Below, one piece after another: positions 47,655 through 58,536 of a stretch of DNA of 64,000 nt. The DNA is taken from NCBI RefSeq assembly GCF_003334405.1, contig NZ_QOWM01000011.1. One strand, written 5' to 3'. How positions within the stretch are numbered: the first letter of the stretch is position 1; every line of letters begins with the position of its first letter. This DNA is from Escherichia coli. GTDB lineage: Bacteria; Pseudomonadota; Gammaproteobacteria; Enterobacterales; Enterobacteriaceae. The notes beneath the pieces were generated by a model, which did not search any database, was not told the origin of the DNA, and saw only the letters and a list, made by a program, of their open reading frames with translations. The position numbers and the translations under genes were made by a program.

Positions 47655-47679
47655 AACGTTGCAGACAAAGGACAAAGCA

Positions 47680-49320
47680 ATGGCAATCCACAATCGTGCA
47701 GGCCAACCTGCACAACAGAGTGATTTGATTAACGTCGCCCAACTGACGGCGCAATATTATGTACTGAAACCAGAAGCAGGGAATGCGGAGCACGCGGTGA
47801 AATTCGGTACTTCCGGTCACCGTGGCAGTGCAGCGCGCCACAGCTTTAACGAGCCGCACATTCTGGCGATCGCTCAGGCAATTGCTGAAGAACGTGCGAA
47901 AAACGGCATCACTGGCCCTTGCTATGTGGGTAAAGATACTCACGCCCTGTCCGAACCTGCATTCATTTCCGTTCTGGAAGTGCTGGCAGCGAACGGCGTT
48001 GATGTCATTGTGCAGGAAAACAATGGCTTCACCCCGACGCCTGCCGTTTCCAATGCCATCCTGGTTCACAATAAAAAAGGTGGCCCGCTGGCAGACGGTA
48101 TCGTGATTACACCGTCCCATAACCCGCCGGAAGATGGTGGAATCAAATACAATCCGCCAAATGGTGGCCCGGCTGATACCAACGTCACTAAAGTGGTGGA
48201 AGACAGGGCCAACGCACTGCTGGCCGATGGCCTGAAAGGCGTGAAGCGTATCTCCCTCGACGAAGCGATGGCATCCGGTCATGTGAAAGAGCAGGATCTG
48301 GTGCAGCCGTTCGTGGAAGGTCTGGCCGATATCGTTGATATGGCCGCGATTCAGAAAGCGGGCCTGACGCTGGGCGTTGATCCGCTGGGCGGTTCCGGTA
48401 TCGAATACTGGAAGCGTATTGGCGAGTATTACAACCTCAACCTGACTATCGTTAACGATCAGGTCGATCAAACCTTCCGCTTTATGCACCTTGATAAAGA
48501 CGGCGCGATCCGTATGGACTGCTCCTCCGAGTGTGCGATGGCGGGCCTGCTGGCACTGCGTGATAAGTTCGATCTGGCGTTTGCTAACGACCCGGATTAT
48601 GACCGTCACGGTATCGTCACTCCGGCAGGTTTGATGAATCCGAACCACTACCTGGCGGTGGCAATCAATTACCTGTTCCAGCATCGTCCGCAGTGGGGCA
48701 AAGATGTTGCCGTCGGTAAAACGCTGGTTTCATCTGCGATGATCGACCGTGTGGTCAACGACTTGGGCCGTAAACTGGTAGAAGTCCCGGTAGGTTTCAA
48801 ATGGTTTGTCGATGGTCTGTTCGACGGCAGCTTCGGCTTTGGCGGCGAAGAGAGTGCAGGGGCTTCCTTCCTGCGTTTCGACGGCACGCCGTGGTCCACC
48901 GACAAAGACGGCATCATCATGTGTCTGCTGGCGGCGGAAATCACCGCTGTCACCGGTAAGAACCCGCAGGAACACTACAACGAACTGGCAAAACGCTTTG
49001 GTGCGCCGAGCTACAACCGTTTGCAGGCAGCTGCGACTTCCGCACAAAAAGCGGCGCTGTCTAAGCTGTCTCCGGAAATGGTGAGCGCCAGCACCCTGGC
49101 AGGTGACCCGATCACCGCGCGCCTGACTGCTGCTCCGGGCAACGGTGCTTCTATTGGCGGTCTGAAAGTGATGACTGACAACGGCTGGTTCGCCGCGCGT
49201 CCGTCAGGCACGGAAGACGCATATAAGATCTACTGCGAAAGCTTCCTCGGTGAAGAACATCGCAAGCAGATTGAGAAAGAAGCGGTTGAGATTGTTAGCG
49301 AAGTTCTGAAAAACGCGTAA
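47680..49320 (+). CDS. pgm: Phosphoglucomutase
   Basis: ORF track 47629..49320; start placed at [13 protein letters not shown] (546 aa); phosphoserine motif region TPSHNP. Confidence 0.94.
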
Positions 49321-49332
49321 ACACATTTAATA

Positions 49333-49366
49333 AAAAAAGGGCGGTCGCAAGATCGCCCTTTTTTAC
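49333..49366 (+). terminator. Intrinsic terminator of pgm
   Basis: Hairpin gggcggtc-gcaa-gatcgccc followed by a T6 run. Confidence 0.65.
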
Positions 49367-49385
49367 GTATGACAAACACAGAATT

Positions 49386-49484
49386 GCCTGATGCGCTACG
49401 CTTATCAGGCCTACGAGGATGGTGCAATATATTGAATTTAAGCGATTTTGTAGGCCGGATAAGGCGTTCACGCCGCATCCGGCA
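49386..49484. repeat. Composite REP-spacer-REP element (BIME/RIP-like), copy 3
   Basis: gcctgatgcgctacgcttatcaggcctac ... gcaatatattga ... gtaggccggataaggcgttcacgccgcatccggca; near-identical to 41958-42057. Confidence 0.7.
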
Positions 49485-49533
49485 AAAACAACGAACACTT
49501 TGTCAACAAACTGAGTAGCTCAAGGAAATCCCA

Positions 49534-50028
49534 ATGAAGACCAACAGGAGTCTGGTCGTCATAGTGTCACTAATTACCGCCACATTACTGCTGACTGCAT
49601 GCGCCCAACCTGAACAATCATCATTAGCTGGCGACTGGTTACTGACCCCTAAAGATAAAACCAGAGGATTAACGGGTAGCATTGCGGTAAATATTGCACC
49701 TTTCCGGTGTAAGACAAATTGCCGTGGTGATAACTTACCTGATAATACCCGCCGCTGGCAGTTGTCAGGCGGGAACGAAAAAGAACTTACTTATCTTCAT
49801 AATATGTCAGCACAAGAAAAGGTCGGTTTAAATCCCGGTTGGCAATGCTACACCTCATTTTTTATGCGGGTTTGCCAGGGCAAGCCCGGCACTCGACCGA
49901 TAGTCAATGAGGATTATGTCAGCGAAAGCGGATTTTTTGGCTCGATGATGCATGTCGGGATTATTGAGTTACGACGCTGCCAGTCAGAAAATTGCCAGCA
50001 AGAATTGAAAGCGATAAATACACATTAA
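49534..50028 (+). CDS. ybfP: Lipoprotein YbfP
   Basis: ORF track 164 aa; lipobox LLLTAC. Confidence 0.88.
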   Translation: MKTNRSLVVIVSLITATLLLTACAQPEQSSLAGDWLLTPKDKTRGLTGSIAVNIAPFRCKTNCRGDNLPDNTRRWQLSGGNEKELTYLHNMSAQEKVGLNPGWQCYTSFFMRVCQGKPGTRPIVNEDYVSESGFFGSMMHVGIIELRRCQSENCQQELKAINTH

Positions 50029-50068
50029 AATAGTGAGTCCGGGAATGAAACCCGGACCTGAACATGTC

Positions 50069-50827
50069 TTATTGCGTGAATGTTTCTTTCATTTGATACT
50101 GCATTTCCCAGAGTTCAGTAAGCGAAATAACTTTTCTTGTTCTTGCTTCTTCACTTTGTACCCATAAGAAAGGGTAGAACGTGAAGGCTTCCGTTGCCGA
50201 TAATTTTATTACGTCTTCTCGCCATTGCTGCCATCGTACATTTTCATAGAAGGTATCTAAATCACCGGATAATGCCCACTGAAGAAACTCAGAATATCCA
50301 ACTTCCAGACTTTCCCAATTCAGCGTATCTGGCGCAAAATAATAAACGCAGCCAGTATCTTCCCCAAGATCGCCACCATTAAGAGCAAAAATTCCCCCTG
50401 CGACATCGTCAGCGATGGGTAAAGCCCGCACGCCTGCGAATTCAGGGCGTTGTGTCCAACTTACTGGATCTCGTGGCAACCGGGGGTGACCAGATCCTGC
50501 TATGCGTAACCAACCATTATCAATCAGCAGACCTCCGGAGCCATAGACAAGCGCACCCATCGGTGATTTTGTTGTCACCTGTAATTGATAAAGTGCGGTT
50601 TCGGCTAAATCTTTATTAACCGGTAAGAGTTCGGTATGGTTTGTGGCGTCTTTTAACCAGTTCTGGATTATTGGCCAGGCTGAATCTTCAGTATTTACTA
50701 ACTGATTCATTTCACGCATCGCTACTTGCTCCTTGTGTGCTACGGTGTCATTTATGATGAGGAATTGTATGGAACATTTTTTAAATATTAAGTTCCTTAT
50801 ATTTGAATAAAAAATGACTTTATCCAT
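50069..50827 (-). CDS. ybfG: YbfG-like DUF2625-family protein, reading frame intact over 252 codons
   Basis: ORF track 252 aa; family assignment from memory. I recall this locus as a pseudogene in K-12, so intactness here should be checked. Confidence 0.65.
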   Translation of the reverse strand: MDKVIFYSNIRNLIFKKCSIQFLIINDTVAHKEQVAMREMNQLVNTEDSAWPIIQNWLKDATNHTELLPVNKDLAETALYQLQVTTKSPMGALVYGSGGLLIDNGWLRIAGSGHPRLPRDPVSWTQRPEFAGVRALPIADDVAGGIFALNGGDLGEDTGCVYYFAPDTLNWESLEVGYSEFLQWALSGDLDTFYENVRWQQWREDVIKLSATEAFTFYPFLWVQSEEARTRKVISLTELWEMQYQMKETFTQ

Positions 50828-50842
50828 ACATTGCCACTTTTT

Positions 50843-50986
50843 TCAAAGCATAAACCGATACCCAATACCGGTTTCAGTAATAAAATGGCGAGGCCGGGCC
50901 GGATCCTGTTCCAGTTTTTGTCGCAGATGCCCCATATAATTACGCAAATAGTTGCTGTGTTCGATCGCGTTTAGACCCTACATCTG
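50843..50986 (-). pseudogene. ybfI: Fragment homologous to the 3' end of kdpE (ybfI-like gene remnant)
   Basis: About 90% nucleotide identity to 55178-55320 (the last ~48 codons of kdpE), e.g. tcaaagcataaaccgata[c/g]ccaataccggtttcagtaat[a/g]aaatggcg; no intact ORF. Confidence 0.65.
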
Positions 50987-51024
50987 CCGGATGCGGCATA
51001 AATAACGAACTATTTGCCAACAAA

Positions 51025-51058
51025 CAGAAAGGGCGATCATTCAATCGCCCTTTTTTAC
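51025..51058. terminator. Terminator hairpin downstream of potE
   Basis: Stem gggcga(51031-36)/tcgccc(51045-50) with flanking A run and T6 run; adjacent REP-like gccggatgcggcat at 50986-51000. Confidence 0.5.
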
Positions 51059-51067
51059 TTTGTTTTA

Positions 51068-52387
51068 TTAACCGTGTTTATTTTTCAGTTCAAAGCGTGG
51101 TGATACCAGACCATACAGTGTCCAACCAAGGAAGGTCACGATGGAACCGTACAGCATGGCTTCTTCCCCGGATGAGTACAGCGCATAAAAGCTATACATC
51201 GCGCCAACAAAAGCAACAAAGTTTGCAACTTTCGCTTTTGAGGGGGGCACATTAGCGACCTTCTGAATAATGACTAATGCCGCCATTGACAGAATATACG
51301 GAATGATATTGGTCACCACGGCCAGGTTAACCAGCACGTTGAACTGACTGTTTAGCGACGGGCTAATGGTCATCAGTGCCAATCCACTCTGAATAATCAC
51401 AATGGTCAACATTCCCTGCACCGGTGCATCCACTTTGGTTACACGGGAGAAAATTTTAGGGAAGTAGCCTTCATCAGATGAAGATTTAAACACCTGGGCA
51501 ATGGTGAACTGCCAGCCAAGTAGCGAACCGCAGCAGGACATCACCATCAGCGCCATAATGACTTTACCCACTTCCGGCGTGAACATCTGCGCGAAGGCCA
51601 GACCAAATGGTGCCGTTGAATTTGCCAGCTCCATATTTGGCACAATCCCGGCAATCACGTTGGTGGAGACGATATAAATCACCGCCGCACCTAACGTACC
51701 GCCGAGTACCGCGATTGGCACATTACGTTCCGGGTTTTCCACTACATCAGTATTCGCACACGCAGACTCCAGACCAAGAAAAGCCCACAGCGTCATAGCG
51801 ATGGAAGAACCTACCGCACTGAAGAACGGTGCATGATGCGGATTCCAGGAATCAACGTACAGCGTCGGGCTAAACCAGAACCAGCCAATAATGCACAGAC
51901 CGACGACCGGAATAATGACCCCCCACACGGTAATGCTACTGATTTGCCCGGTAATGCGCGCACCACCAAAGTTAGCCACGGTACAAATCCACAGCACCCC
52001 GATGGTCGCAAGACCAATCTGCACTGGCGACAAACTCGCGCCGAGCAGTTCGGTGCCGTAACCAACCGCCGAAATAGCAATCGCGACGTTAGCAATCAGC
52101 AGTGAGACGCCGTAGGTATAGTTCGCCATAAAGTTACCGGATTTACCGAAAGCATACTCGGCATAACCGCCCATACCGCCTGATTTACGGCTGAACATAC
52201 CGCATTTTGCGAATGCCCATGCCAGTGCCATTGAGCCTACGGCTGTCACCAGCCAGGAGATAATTGAGATTGTCCCGACTTCGGCAAGCTTTGTCGGCAG
52301 CATGATGATACCGGAGCCCATCATGTTGACCATCGTCAGTATGGTTAACTGAACGACGCCCATTTTGTTCGATTTAGCCTGACTCAT
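51068..52387 (-). CDS. potE: Putrescine:ornithine antiporter
   Basis: ORF track 439 aa, APC-family transporter; 4-nt overlap with speF. Confidence 0.94.
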   Translation of the reverse strand: MSQAKSNKMGVVQLTILTMVNMMGSGIIMLPTKLAEVGTISIISWLVTAVGSMALAWAFAKCGMFSRKSGGMGGYAEYAFGKSGNFMANYTYGVSLLIANVAIAISAVGYGTELLGASLSPVQIGLATIGVLWICTVANFGGARITGQISSITVWGVIIPVVGLCIIGWFWFSPTLYVDSWNPHHAPFFSAVGSSIAMTLWAFLGLESACANTDVVENPERNVPIAVLGGTLGAAVIYIVSTNVIAGIVPNMELANSTAPFGLAFAQMFTPEVGKVIMALMVMSCCGSLLGWQFTIAQVFKSSSDEGYFPKIFSRVTKVDAPVQGMLTIVIIQSGLALMTISPSLNSQFNVLVNLAVVTNIIPYILSMAALVIIQKVANVPPSKAKVANFVAFVGAMYSFYALYSSGEEAMLYGSIVTFLGWTLYGLVSPRFELKNKHG

Positions 52388-54582
52388 AATTTTTCCCCTT
52401 TCAACAGGGTGCTTTGCGCATCACGAGGCTTGATGACATAGCACCAAACTTGCTTACGACCATCATGTTCTTCGATATAGACACCCTGCAGCTCCGGTGC
52501 AAAACCTGGCAGCAGGTTGATCCCTTCTTCCAGAGCGCTGAAGTAACGCAGAACAGCACCACCCCAGATTTCACCCGGAACAACACACAGCACACCCGGA
52601 GGATAAGGAAGCGCACCTTCGGCAGCGATACGGCCTTCTGCATCCGGCAGACGAACCAGTTCCACTTCACCGCGTAAATAGGCGTAGTTGGCTTCTTGCG
52701 GATTCATGCTGACGCGTGGGAAGTGCTCCTTACGGAACATCTCTTTTTGCAGTTGTTTCACGTTGTGGCGGGCATACAAATCATGCATTTCCTGACACAA
52801 CTGACGCAGGGTATAACCGGCGTAGCGCTCTTCATGCTGTTTGTAGATGGAAGGTAGCACTTCTGCTAATGGCGCGTCGGACTCAAGCAGTTTTTCGAAG
52901 CGTACCAGCAGGGCAACAAGTTGCTGAAGTTTGGCCATATCTTCTGCCGGAGTCAGCAGGAAGAGGATGGAGTTAAGATCGCATTTTTCCGGCACTACGC
53001 CATTTTCGCGCAGGAAGTTAGCAAGAATCGTCGCGGGTACACCGAACGCTTCATATTCGCCGTTACGTGCATCAATACCTGGGGTTGTCAGCAACAGTTT
53101 GCATGGATCGACAAAGTATTGATTCTCTGCATAGCCTTCAAAAGAATGCCAGTGTTCCCCTGGTACAAACTGGAAGAAGCGCAGATCAACCGCAATTTGC
53201 GCTGTTTCATACGACTGCCAGGGTTTACCATCCACCAGTTCAGGTACGAACGGACGAATATGCTGACAGTTATCGAGGATCAGTTTGCGGGCATTAATGC
53301 CATTTACCACACAATCCATCCACATATTACGACCGCTGACACCTTCATGCATTTTGGCGTTGATATCCAGTGCGGCAAACAGCGGATAGAACGGGCTGGT
53401 GGAGGCGTGCATCATAAAGGCGTTGTTCATGCGTTTGTGCGGTACATAACGCTGTTGCCCTTTGATGTGGCTGTCTTTTTTATGAATTTGTGAAGTCTGA
53501 GAAAAACCAGCCTGTTGTTTATGCACAGATTGCGTAACCAGAATACCCGGATCGTTCTCATTAAGATCCAGCAACAGCGGCGAACAGTCCGCCATCATCG
53601 GAATAAACTGTTCATAGCCGACCCATGCTGAGTCAAACAGGATGTAGTCACACAGATGACCAATTTTATCCACCACTTGGCGGGCGTTATAAATCGTACC
53701 GTCGTAGGTGCCTAACTGAATCACAGCGAGGCGGAAAGGACGAGCCTCTTTTGCCCGCTGCGGTGCGACTTCCGCGATCAGCTCACGCAGGTAACTTTCT
53801 TCAAAACAGTGCGCATCAATGCCACCGATAAAGCCATACGGGTTACGTGCCGTTTCCAGATAAACCGGTGTTGCACCAGCCTGTAGCAACGCTCCGTGGT
53901 GGTTAGATTTGTGGTTATTGCGATCAAACAGCACCAGATCACCCGGTGTTAGCAGGGCGTTTAAAACCACTTTGTTAGAAGATGAAGTGCCATTTAAAAC
54001 GAAGTAGGTTTTATCGGCATTAAACACTTTTGCCGCATGTTGCTGTGCAATGCATGGCGCGCCTTCGTGAATCAGCAGATCGCCCATCGCTACGTCGGCG
54101 TTGCACAAGTCGGCACGGAACAGCGCCTCACCAAAGTATTCCACAAACTGATTCCCCGCCGGATGGCGACGGAAAAATTCGCCGCCCTGATGACCAGGGC
54201 AATCAAACGCGCTGTTACCTTGATTGACATAATCGACCAGTGCGCGGAAGAAAGGTGGGCGCAGTTGAGTTTCATAATGGCTGGCAGCGGTTTCTAACTG
54301 GCGACCATAAAATTCTCGTCGCGATTCGCAATTCTCAAAGACACCCGAAATACGGGGCAAATACTCTGCGGGTACACGTTCTTGATTTTCAGTAGCAATA
54401 AATACCGGGATGCCATAACCCGTGGCATCGATTTCATCGAGTTTTCCGCATGTAACATCGTTGAGCGATAAAACTATTGCCGCCACATCGATATTACGAC
54501 TTTCATTAATGTAGATACATTCTCGCTGCGTGGTAAAACAGTCCGGGCAAGAATCACTAACCGCAATTTTTAATTTTGACAT
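52384..54582 (-). CDS. speF: Inducible ornithine decarboxylase
   Basis: ORF track 732 aa, recognised fold-I PLP decarboxylase sequence and length. Confidence 0.94.
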   Translation of the reverse strand: MSKLKIAVSDSCPDCFTTQRECIYINESRNIDVAAIVLSLNDVTCGKLDEIDATGYGIPVFIATENQERVPAEYLPRISGVFENCESRREFYGRQLETAASHYETQLRPPFFRALVDYVNQGNSAFDCPGHQGGEFFRRHPAGNQFVEYFGEALFRADLCNADVAMGDLLIHEGAPCIAQQHAAKVFNADKTYFVLNGTSSSNKVVLNALLTPGDLVLFDRNNHKSNHHGALLQAGATPVYLETARNPYGFIGGIDAHCFEESYLRELIAEVAPQRAKEARPFRLAVIQLGTYDGTIYNARQVVDKIGHLCDYILFDSAWVGYEQFIPMMADCSPLLLDLNENDPGILVTQSVHKQQAGFSQTSQIHKKDSHIKGQQRYVPHKRMNNAFMMHASTSPFYPLFAALDINAKMHEGVSGRNMWMDCVVNGINARKLILDNCQHIRPFVPELVDGKPWQSYETAQIAVDLRFFQFVPGEHWHSFEGYAENQYFVDPCKLLLTTPGIDARNGEYEAFGVPATILANFLRENGVVPEKCDLNSILFLLTPAEDMAKLQQLVALLVRFEKLLESDAPLAEVLPSIYKQHEERYAGYTLRQLCQEMHDLYARHNVKQLQKEMFRKEHFPRVSMNPQEANYAYLRGEVELVRLPDAEGRIAAEGALPYPPGVLCVVPGEIWGGAVLRYFSALEEGINLLPGFAPELQGVYIEEHDGRKQVWCYVIKPRDAQSTLLKGEKL

Positions 54583-54839
54583 TTTTCATCTCTTTATTTT
54601 AGGTAATAGCAGGTCCTCAATTTCTCGAATGAGAAATCGATCGTGCCGGAAAAAAGCAAAGTTACCCCGCTGATAAATAAATCAGGTAGATTGCTTTTTT
54701 CAGAATGCAGAAACCCTTACCAGTCAGGTGGCTGATAATACAAGGGTTAACAGAGAATGAGCACTGCGGAATACAGGCATATGCCTGTAATACAGAGAGT
54801 CAGGAAGACCTGTACGCTGAAGTGCCCTTAGTCGGTAGA

Positions 54840-54944
54840 CTAACGGGCATTGAAGAAGTGAAAGTCGAAGCTATTGCGATGAGCAAACTTCATAATATGA
54901 GTTGTCCGCCTTATATGGGGCATAGTGCGGCTGTTATTTTCCAT
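54840..54944 (-). CDS. speFL: speF leader peptide SpeFL (34 aa, ornithine-sensing arrest peptide)
   Basis: Revcomp of 54840-54944 reads ATG GAA AAT AAC AGC CGC ACT ATG CCC CAT ATA AGG CGG ACA ACT CAT ATT ATG AAG TTT GCT CAT CGC AAT AGC TTC GAC TTT CAC TTC TTC AAT GCC CGT TAG = MENNSRTMPHIRRTTHIMKFAHRNSFDFHFFNAR; not in ORF track (too short). Confidence 0.75.
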   Translation of the reverse strand: MENNSRTMPHIRRTTHIMKFAHRNSFDFHFFNAR

Positions 54945-55115
54945 TTAATTTACCTTTCCTGATGTGAATGAAGGTGAAGATATTCTATCCAGGAAATACG
55001 GTTGAACTGTGAAGGTGATCAATAAAAAATGATCAATCTTAATTTATTTAATGATGAGCTTTTTACTCAGTAATATAAAATATTGAATTGTTATTTTTGT
55101 GTGTTGTTTAAGATA

Positions 55116-55143
55116 AAAAGCCGTATTTATTATTACGGCTTTA
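55116..55143. terminator. Terminator hairpin downstream of kdpE (end of kdp operon)
   Basis: aaagccgta-tttatta-tacggcttt with flanking A and T runs, 35 bp past the kdpE stop. Confidence 0.6.
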
Positions 55144-55177
55144 ATTAATAAAAGGCAGGCTGTATTAAAATTAATAT

Positions 55178-55855
55178 TCAAAGCATAAACCGATAGCCAA
55201 TACCGGTTTCAGTAATGAAATGGCGTGGGCGGGCGGGATCCTGTTCCAGTTTTTGTCGCAGATGTCCCATATAAATACGCAAATAGTGACTGTGTTCGAC
55301 CGCGTTTGGCCCCCACACCTGGTTAAGGAGCTGGCGCTGGGTGAGTACTTTTCCGGCATTGTTGAGCAGCACCGCCAGCAGGCGGAACTCAATTGGTGTG
55401 AGATGCACCTCTTCCTCACCCCGGTGAATCACGCGGGCGGCTAAATCGACGGTAACATCGGAAAATTTTACCAGCGGATCGGGCGCGGTGGTGGCAGAGT
55501 GGCGGCGTAATGCGACGCGCAGACGGGCCTGCAATTCGCCAATGCCAAACGGCTTACTCAGATAATCATCCGCTCCGGCATCCAGCGCGGCGATTTTGTC
55601 GCTCTCTTCGCTGCGTGCGGAAAGCACAATCACCGGCACCGCGCTCCACTGGCGCAGGTCGCGGATAAACTCAATCCCATCACCATCGGGCAGGCCGAGA
55701 TCGAGAATAATCAAATCTGGCTTACGGGTTGCCGCTTCCAGCAAGCCGCGTTGCAGCGTTTCGGCCTCAAAGACGCGCATCCCGTCGCCCTCCAGCGCCG
55801 TGCGCAGAAAGCGACGAATAGCCTGTTCATCTTCAACAATCAGAACGTTTGTCAC
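55178..55855 (-). CDS. kdpE: Response regulator KdpE (OmpR family)
   Basis: ORF track 225 aa; receiver domain ([17 protein letters not shown]) plus winged-helix domain. Confidence 0.95.
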   Translation of the reverse strand: MTNVLIVEDEQAIRRFLRTALEGDGMRVFEAETLQRGLLEAATRKPDLIILDLGLPDGDGIEFIRDLRQWSAVPVIVLSARSEESDKIAALDAGADDYLSKPFGIGELQARLRVALRRHSATTAPDPLVKFSDVTVDLAARVIHRGEEEVHLTPIEFRLLAVLLNNAGKVLTQRQLLNQVWGPNAVEHSHYLRIYMGHLRQKLEQDPARPRHFITETGIGYRFML

Positions 55856-58536
55856 ATATCCTCATGAAATTCTTCAAGTTCAGGGGCAGTTTGCTGGGGA
55901 AGTGTAACACGAAAACAGGCACCACCTTCCGGTCGGTTGAACGCGGTAATAGTGCCCCCGTGTACATCCACTATCGCCCGACAAATTGCCAGTCCAAGCC
56001 CTACCCCCGGTACTGCCGACTCTTTATTCCCGCGAGCAAACTTATCAAATATCGTCTGCTCCTGGCCTGGCGGAAGACCGGGGCCGTTATCCCAGACATC
56101 CAGTTGTAGATTTTCGCCCTCAACGTGGGCATCGATACCAATTTCGGCCTGCGCACCCGCATATTTCACCGCGTTCTCCAGCAGATTAATCAGCACCCGT
56201 TCAAAGAGTGGCCCGTCAACGTGGATTAAGGTCAGCGGTTCTGGCAGAGAAAGATTGATGGGCGACGATAAACCCGGTTCCAGCATTTGCAGCGCGCTGC
56301 CGACTACTTCTTCCAGCGTTAACCACTCTTTCTTCAAATTAAAGCCGCCGGACTGAATTCGCGCCATATCCAGTAGATTATTCACCAGTCGGGTAGTGTT
56401 CAGCACATGCTGACGGATCTCGCTGGCCTGGCGGGCGTGGGGTGATCCTTCGCTTGCCAGATCGAGCGTTAAGATTTCTGCCTGACCAAACAGCACCGTA
56501 AGCGGCGTGCGTAAATCATGCGAAAGCGCCGCCAGCAGGGCGTTGCGGATCTGTTCACGTTCGCTTGCCATCCGCGCCTGTTCTTCGCTGGCGGTTAACG
56601 TCAGCCGCTCAAGGGCATTGGCGACTAACAGCGTAAACGTCTCCAGCAGGCGCTGCTGTTCCGGGATCATCAACTGGCGCAGATTCCCCGGCTCCACCAC
56701 CACCAGCCCGTAGGTTTTCTCGCCGCTTTTTAGCGGCAAAATCTGGTACGGTACACCGGGTAACGTGTCGGTGCCCGCGCCCGCAGGCAGGCCTTTATCA
56801 AAACTCCACTGCGCGATGGCATCGTCCCACGGCGTCATTCCTTGCGGATGTGTTAACGGCTGCAATTTACCGTTGTCATCGGGCAACAACACCTGACTGC
56901 GGGCATGAAACGTGGAGGCAATAAATTGTTCGCTGGTGGCAGCGATATCCTGCGGACTGCGGCCCACCGCCAGAGCTTTCGACATTTCATATAAGTGCCG
57001 TGTGCGTTGCTCGCGGTAACGGGCTACCCGCGCCTGATAACGCACGCCAGCAGTAAGGTTCCCGATCACCAGCCCGACGGTTAACATCACCGCGAAGGTC
57101 AGCAGATATTGCACATCAGAGACGGCGAGCGTGCCGCGTGGGGCGATAAAAAAGAGATCGAAACTCACTACATTAATGACGGTGGCAACCACTGAAGGCC
57201 AGCGTCCATAAAATAGCGCCACCACCACCACGCCAAGCAGATACAGCATCACCAGGTTGGCGGCATCAAACGCCATCAGCCACTGCATGGCAATTAAGGT
57301 GATAACGGCGCATAACGCGGCGGCAACCACGCATCCCTGAATTTGTACACGCCACTTGTCTTTAAAAGAGCGGTTATCCGGCGCGTTGTTAATCGTGCGG
57401 GCGGGTGGTTCATCAAGCGCGACCAGCACCTGATCGAGATCGGGGGCGATGCGCGCCAGTCGGTCAGCAAACGTTTCCCGACGCCACCAGCGGCGCGAGG
57501 CCGGGCGACCGAGAATAATCTTGCCGAGATTATGTTCACGGGCATAACGCACTACCGCTTTCTCTTCCGCTGGATCAGAAAGTGTTGCCGTCTCCGCGCC
57601 CAGTTCCTGCGCCAGACGTAAGGCGCTGAGAATTGCCCGACGTTTTTTTTCCGGTAAGCGGTGCAGGGCAGGGGTTTCAACATACACCGCGTGCCAGACG
57701 CTACCCAGCCGTGACGCCAGCCGCGCCGCTGCGCGGACCAGTTTTTCGCTGCCGGTGTTATGGCCGATGCATAAAAGGATCGCGTCGCGCGTGTGCCACA
57801 CTTTCTCTTCGCCAGGATGCCCCCGCCAGGCGCGCATTTGCTCATCAACGCGATCGGCAGTACGGCGCAGTGCCAGTTCGCGCAGGGCGATCAGATTACC
57901 TTTGCGGAAAAAATGTTCAATGGCGCGCTCCGCCTGCCCGGCAATATAGACTTTGCCTTCTTTCAGCCGCTGGCGCAGATCGTCCGGGGGCAAGTCCACC
58001 AGCACCACGTCGTCGGCGGCATCGAAAAAAGGATCGGGCACGGTTTCCCGTACCTGAATTCCGGTGACGCCGCTGACCACATCATTCAGACTTTCCAGAT
58101 GCTGAACGTTGACGGTAGTGAAAACATCAATGCCAGCTTCCAGCAGTTCTTCGATATCCTGCCAGCGTTTGGGATGACGGGAACCTGGCGCATTACTGTG
58201 CGCCAGTTCGTCCATTAAGATCAGCGCCGGGCGGCGGGCGAGGGCGGCATCGAGATCAAACTCGCTGATATGCCGCCCACGGTACGCCTGGCGTTTTAAC
58301 GGCAGAACAGCCAGCCCTTCCAGCATGGCGGCGGTATCTTTTCGCCCGTGGGTTTCTACCACGCCAACCACAATATCCAGCCCTTGCGCCCGCAGTCGCT
58401 GGGCTTCTGCCAGCATCGCCCAGGTCTTCCCGACGCCTGCACAGGCACCGAAGAAAACTTTCAGCTTCCCCCGATGCGGCGCGGCAGTTTGTTCCAGCAG
58501 ACGATCGGGGTCGGGACGTAAGGGTTCGTTATTCAT
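55852..58536 (-). CDS. kdpD: Sensor histidine kinase KdpD
   Basis: ORF track 55852..58578; start placed at [16 protein letters not shown] (894 aa); histidine kinase and Usp-like domains. Confidence 0.93.
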   Translation of the reverse strand: MNNEPLRPDPDRLLEQTAAPHRGKLKVFFGACAGVGKTWAMLAEAQRLRAQGLDIVVGVVETHGRKDTAAMLEGLAVLPLKRQAYRGRHISEFDLDAALARRPALILMDELAHSNAPGSRHPKRWQDIEELLEAGIDVFTTVNVQHLESLNDVVSGVTGIQVRETVPDPFFDAADDVVLVDLPPDDLRQRLKEGKVYIAGQAERAIEHFFRKGNLIALRELALRRTADRVDEQMRAWRGHPGEEKVWHTRDAILLCIGHNTGSEKLVRAAARLASRLGSVWHAVYVETPALHRLPEKKRRAILSALRLAQELGAETATLSDPAEEKAVVRYAREHNLGKIILGRPASRRWWRRETFADRLARIAPDLDQVLVALDEPPARTINNAPDNRSFKDKWRVQIQGCVVAAALCAVITLIAMQWLMAFDAANLVMLYLLGVVVVALFYGRWPSVVATVINVVSFDLFFIAPRGTLAVSDVQYLLTFAVMLTVGLVIGNLTAGVRYQARVARYREQRTRHLYEMSKALAVGRSPQDIAATSEQFIASTFHARSQVLLPDDNGKLQPLTHPQGMTPWDDAIAQWSFDKGLPAGAGTDTLPGVPYQILPLKSGEKTYGLVVVEPGNLRQLMIPEQQRLLETFTLLVANALERLTLTASEEQARMASEREQIRNALLAALSHDLRTPLTVLFGQAEILTLDLASEGSPHARQASEIRQHVLNTTRLVNNLLDMARIQSGGFNLKKEWLTLEEVVGSALQMLEPGLSSPINLSLPEPLTLIHVDGPLFERVLINLLENAVKYAGAQAEIGIDAHVEGENLQLDVWDNGPGLPPGQEQTIFDKFARGNKESAVPGVGLGLAICRAIVDVHGGTITAFNRPEGGACFRVTLPQQTAPELEEFHEDM

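Noticed and set aside
47647-48684. Minus-strand 345-aa ORF antisense to pgm
   Set aside because: Embedded in pgm; no independent support.
54963-55115. AT-rich 150-bp stretch between speFL and the kdpE terminator as a possible small gene or sRNA
   Set aside because: No ORF with a plausible start and RBS and no hairpin-plus-T-run other than the kdpE terminator; most simply the speFL-speF promoter region.
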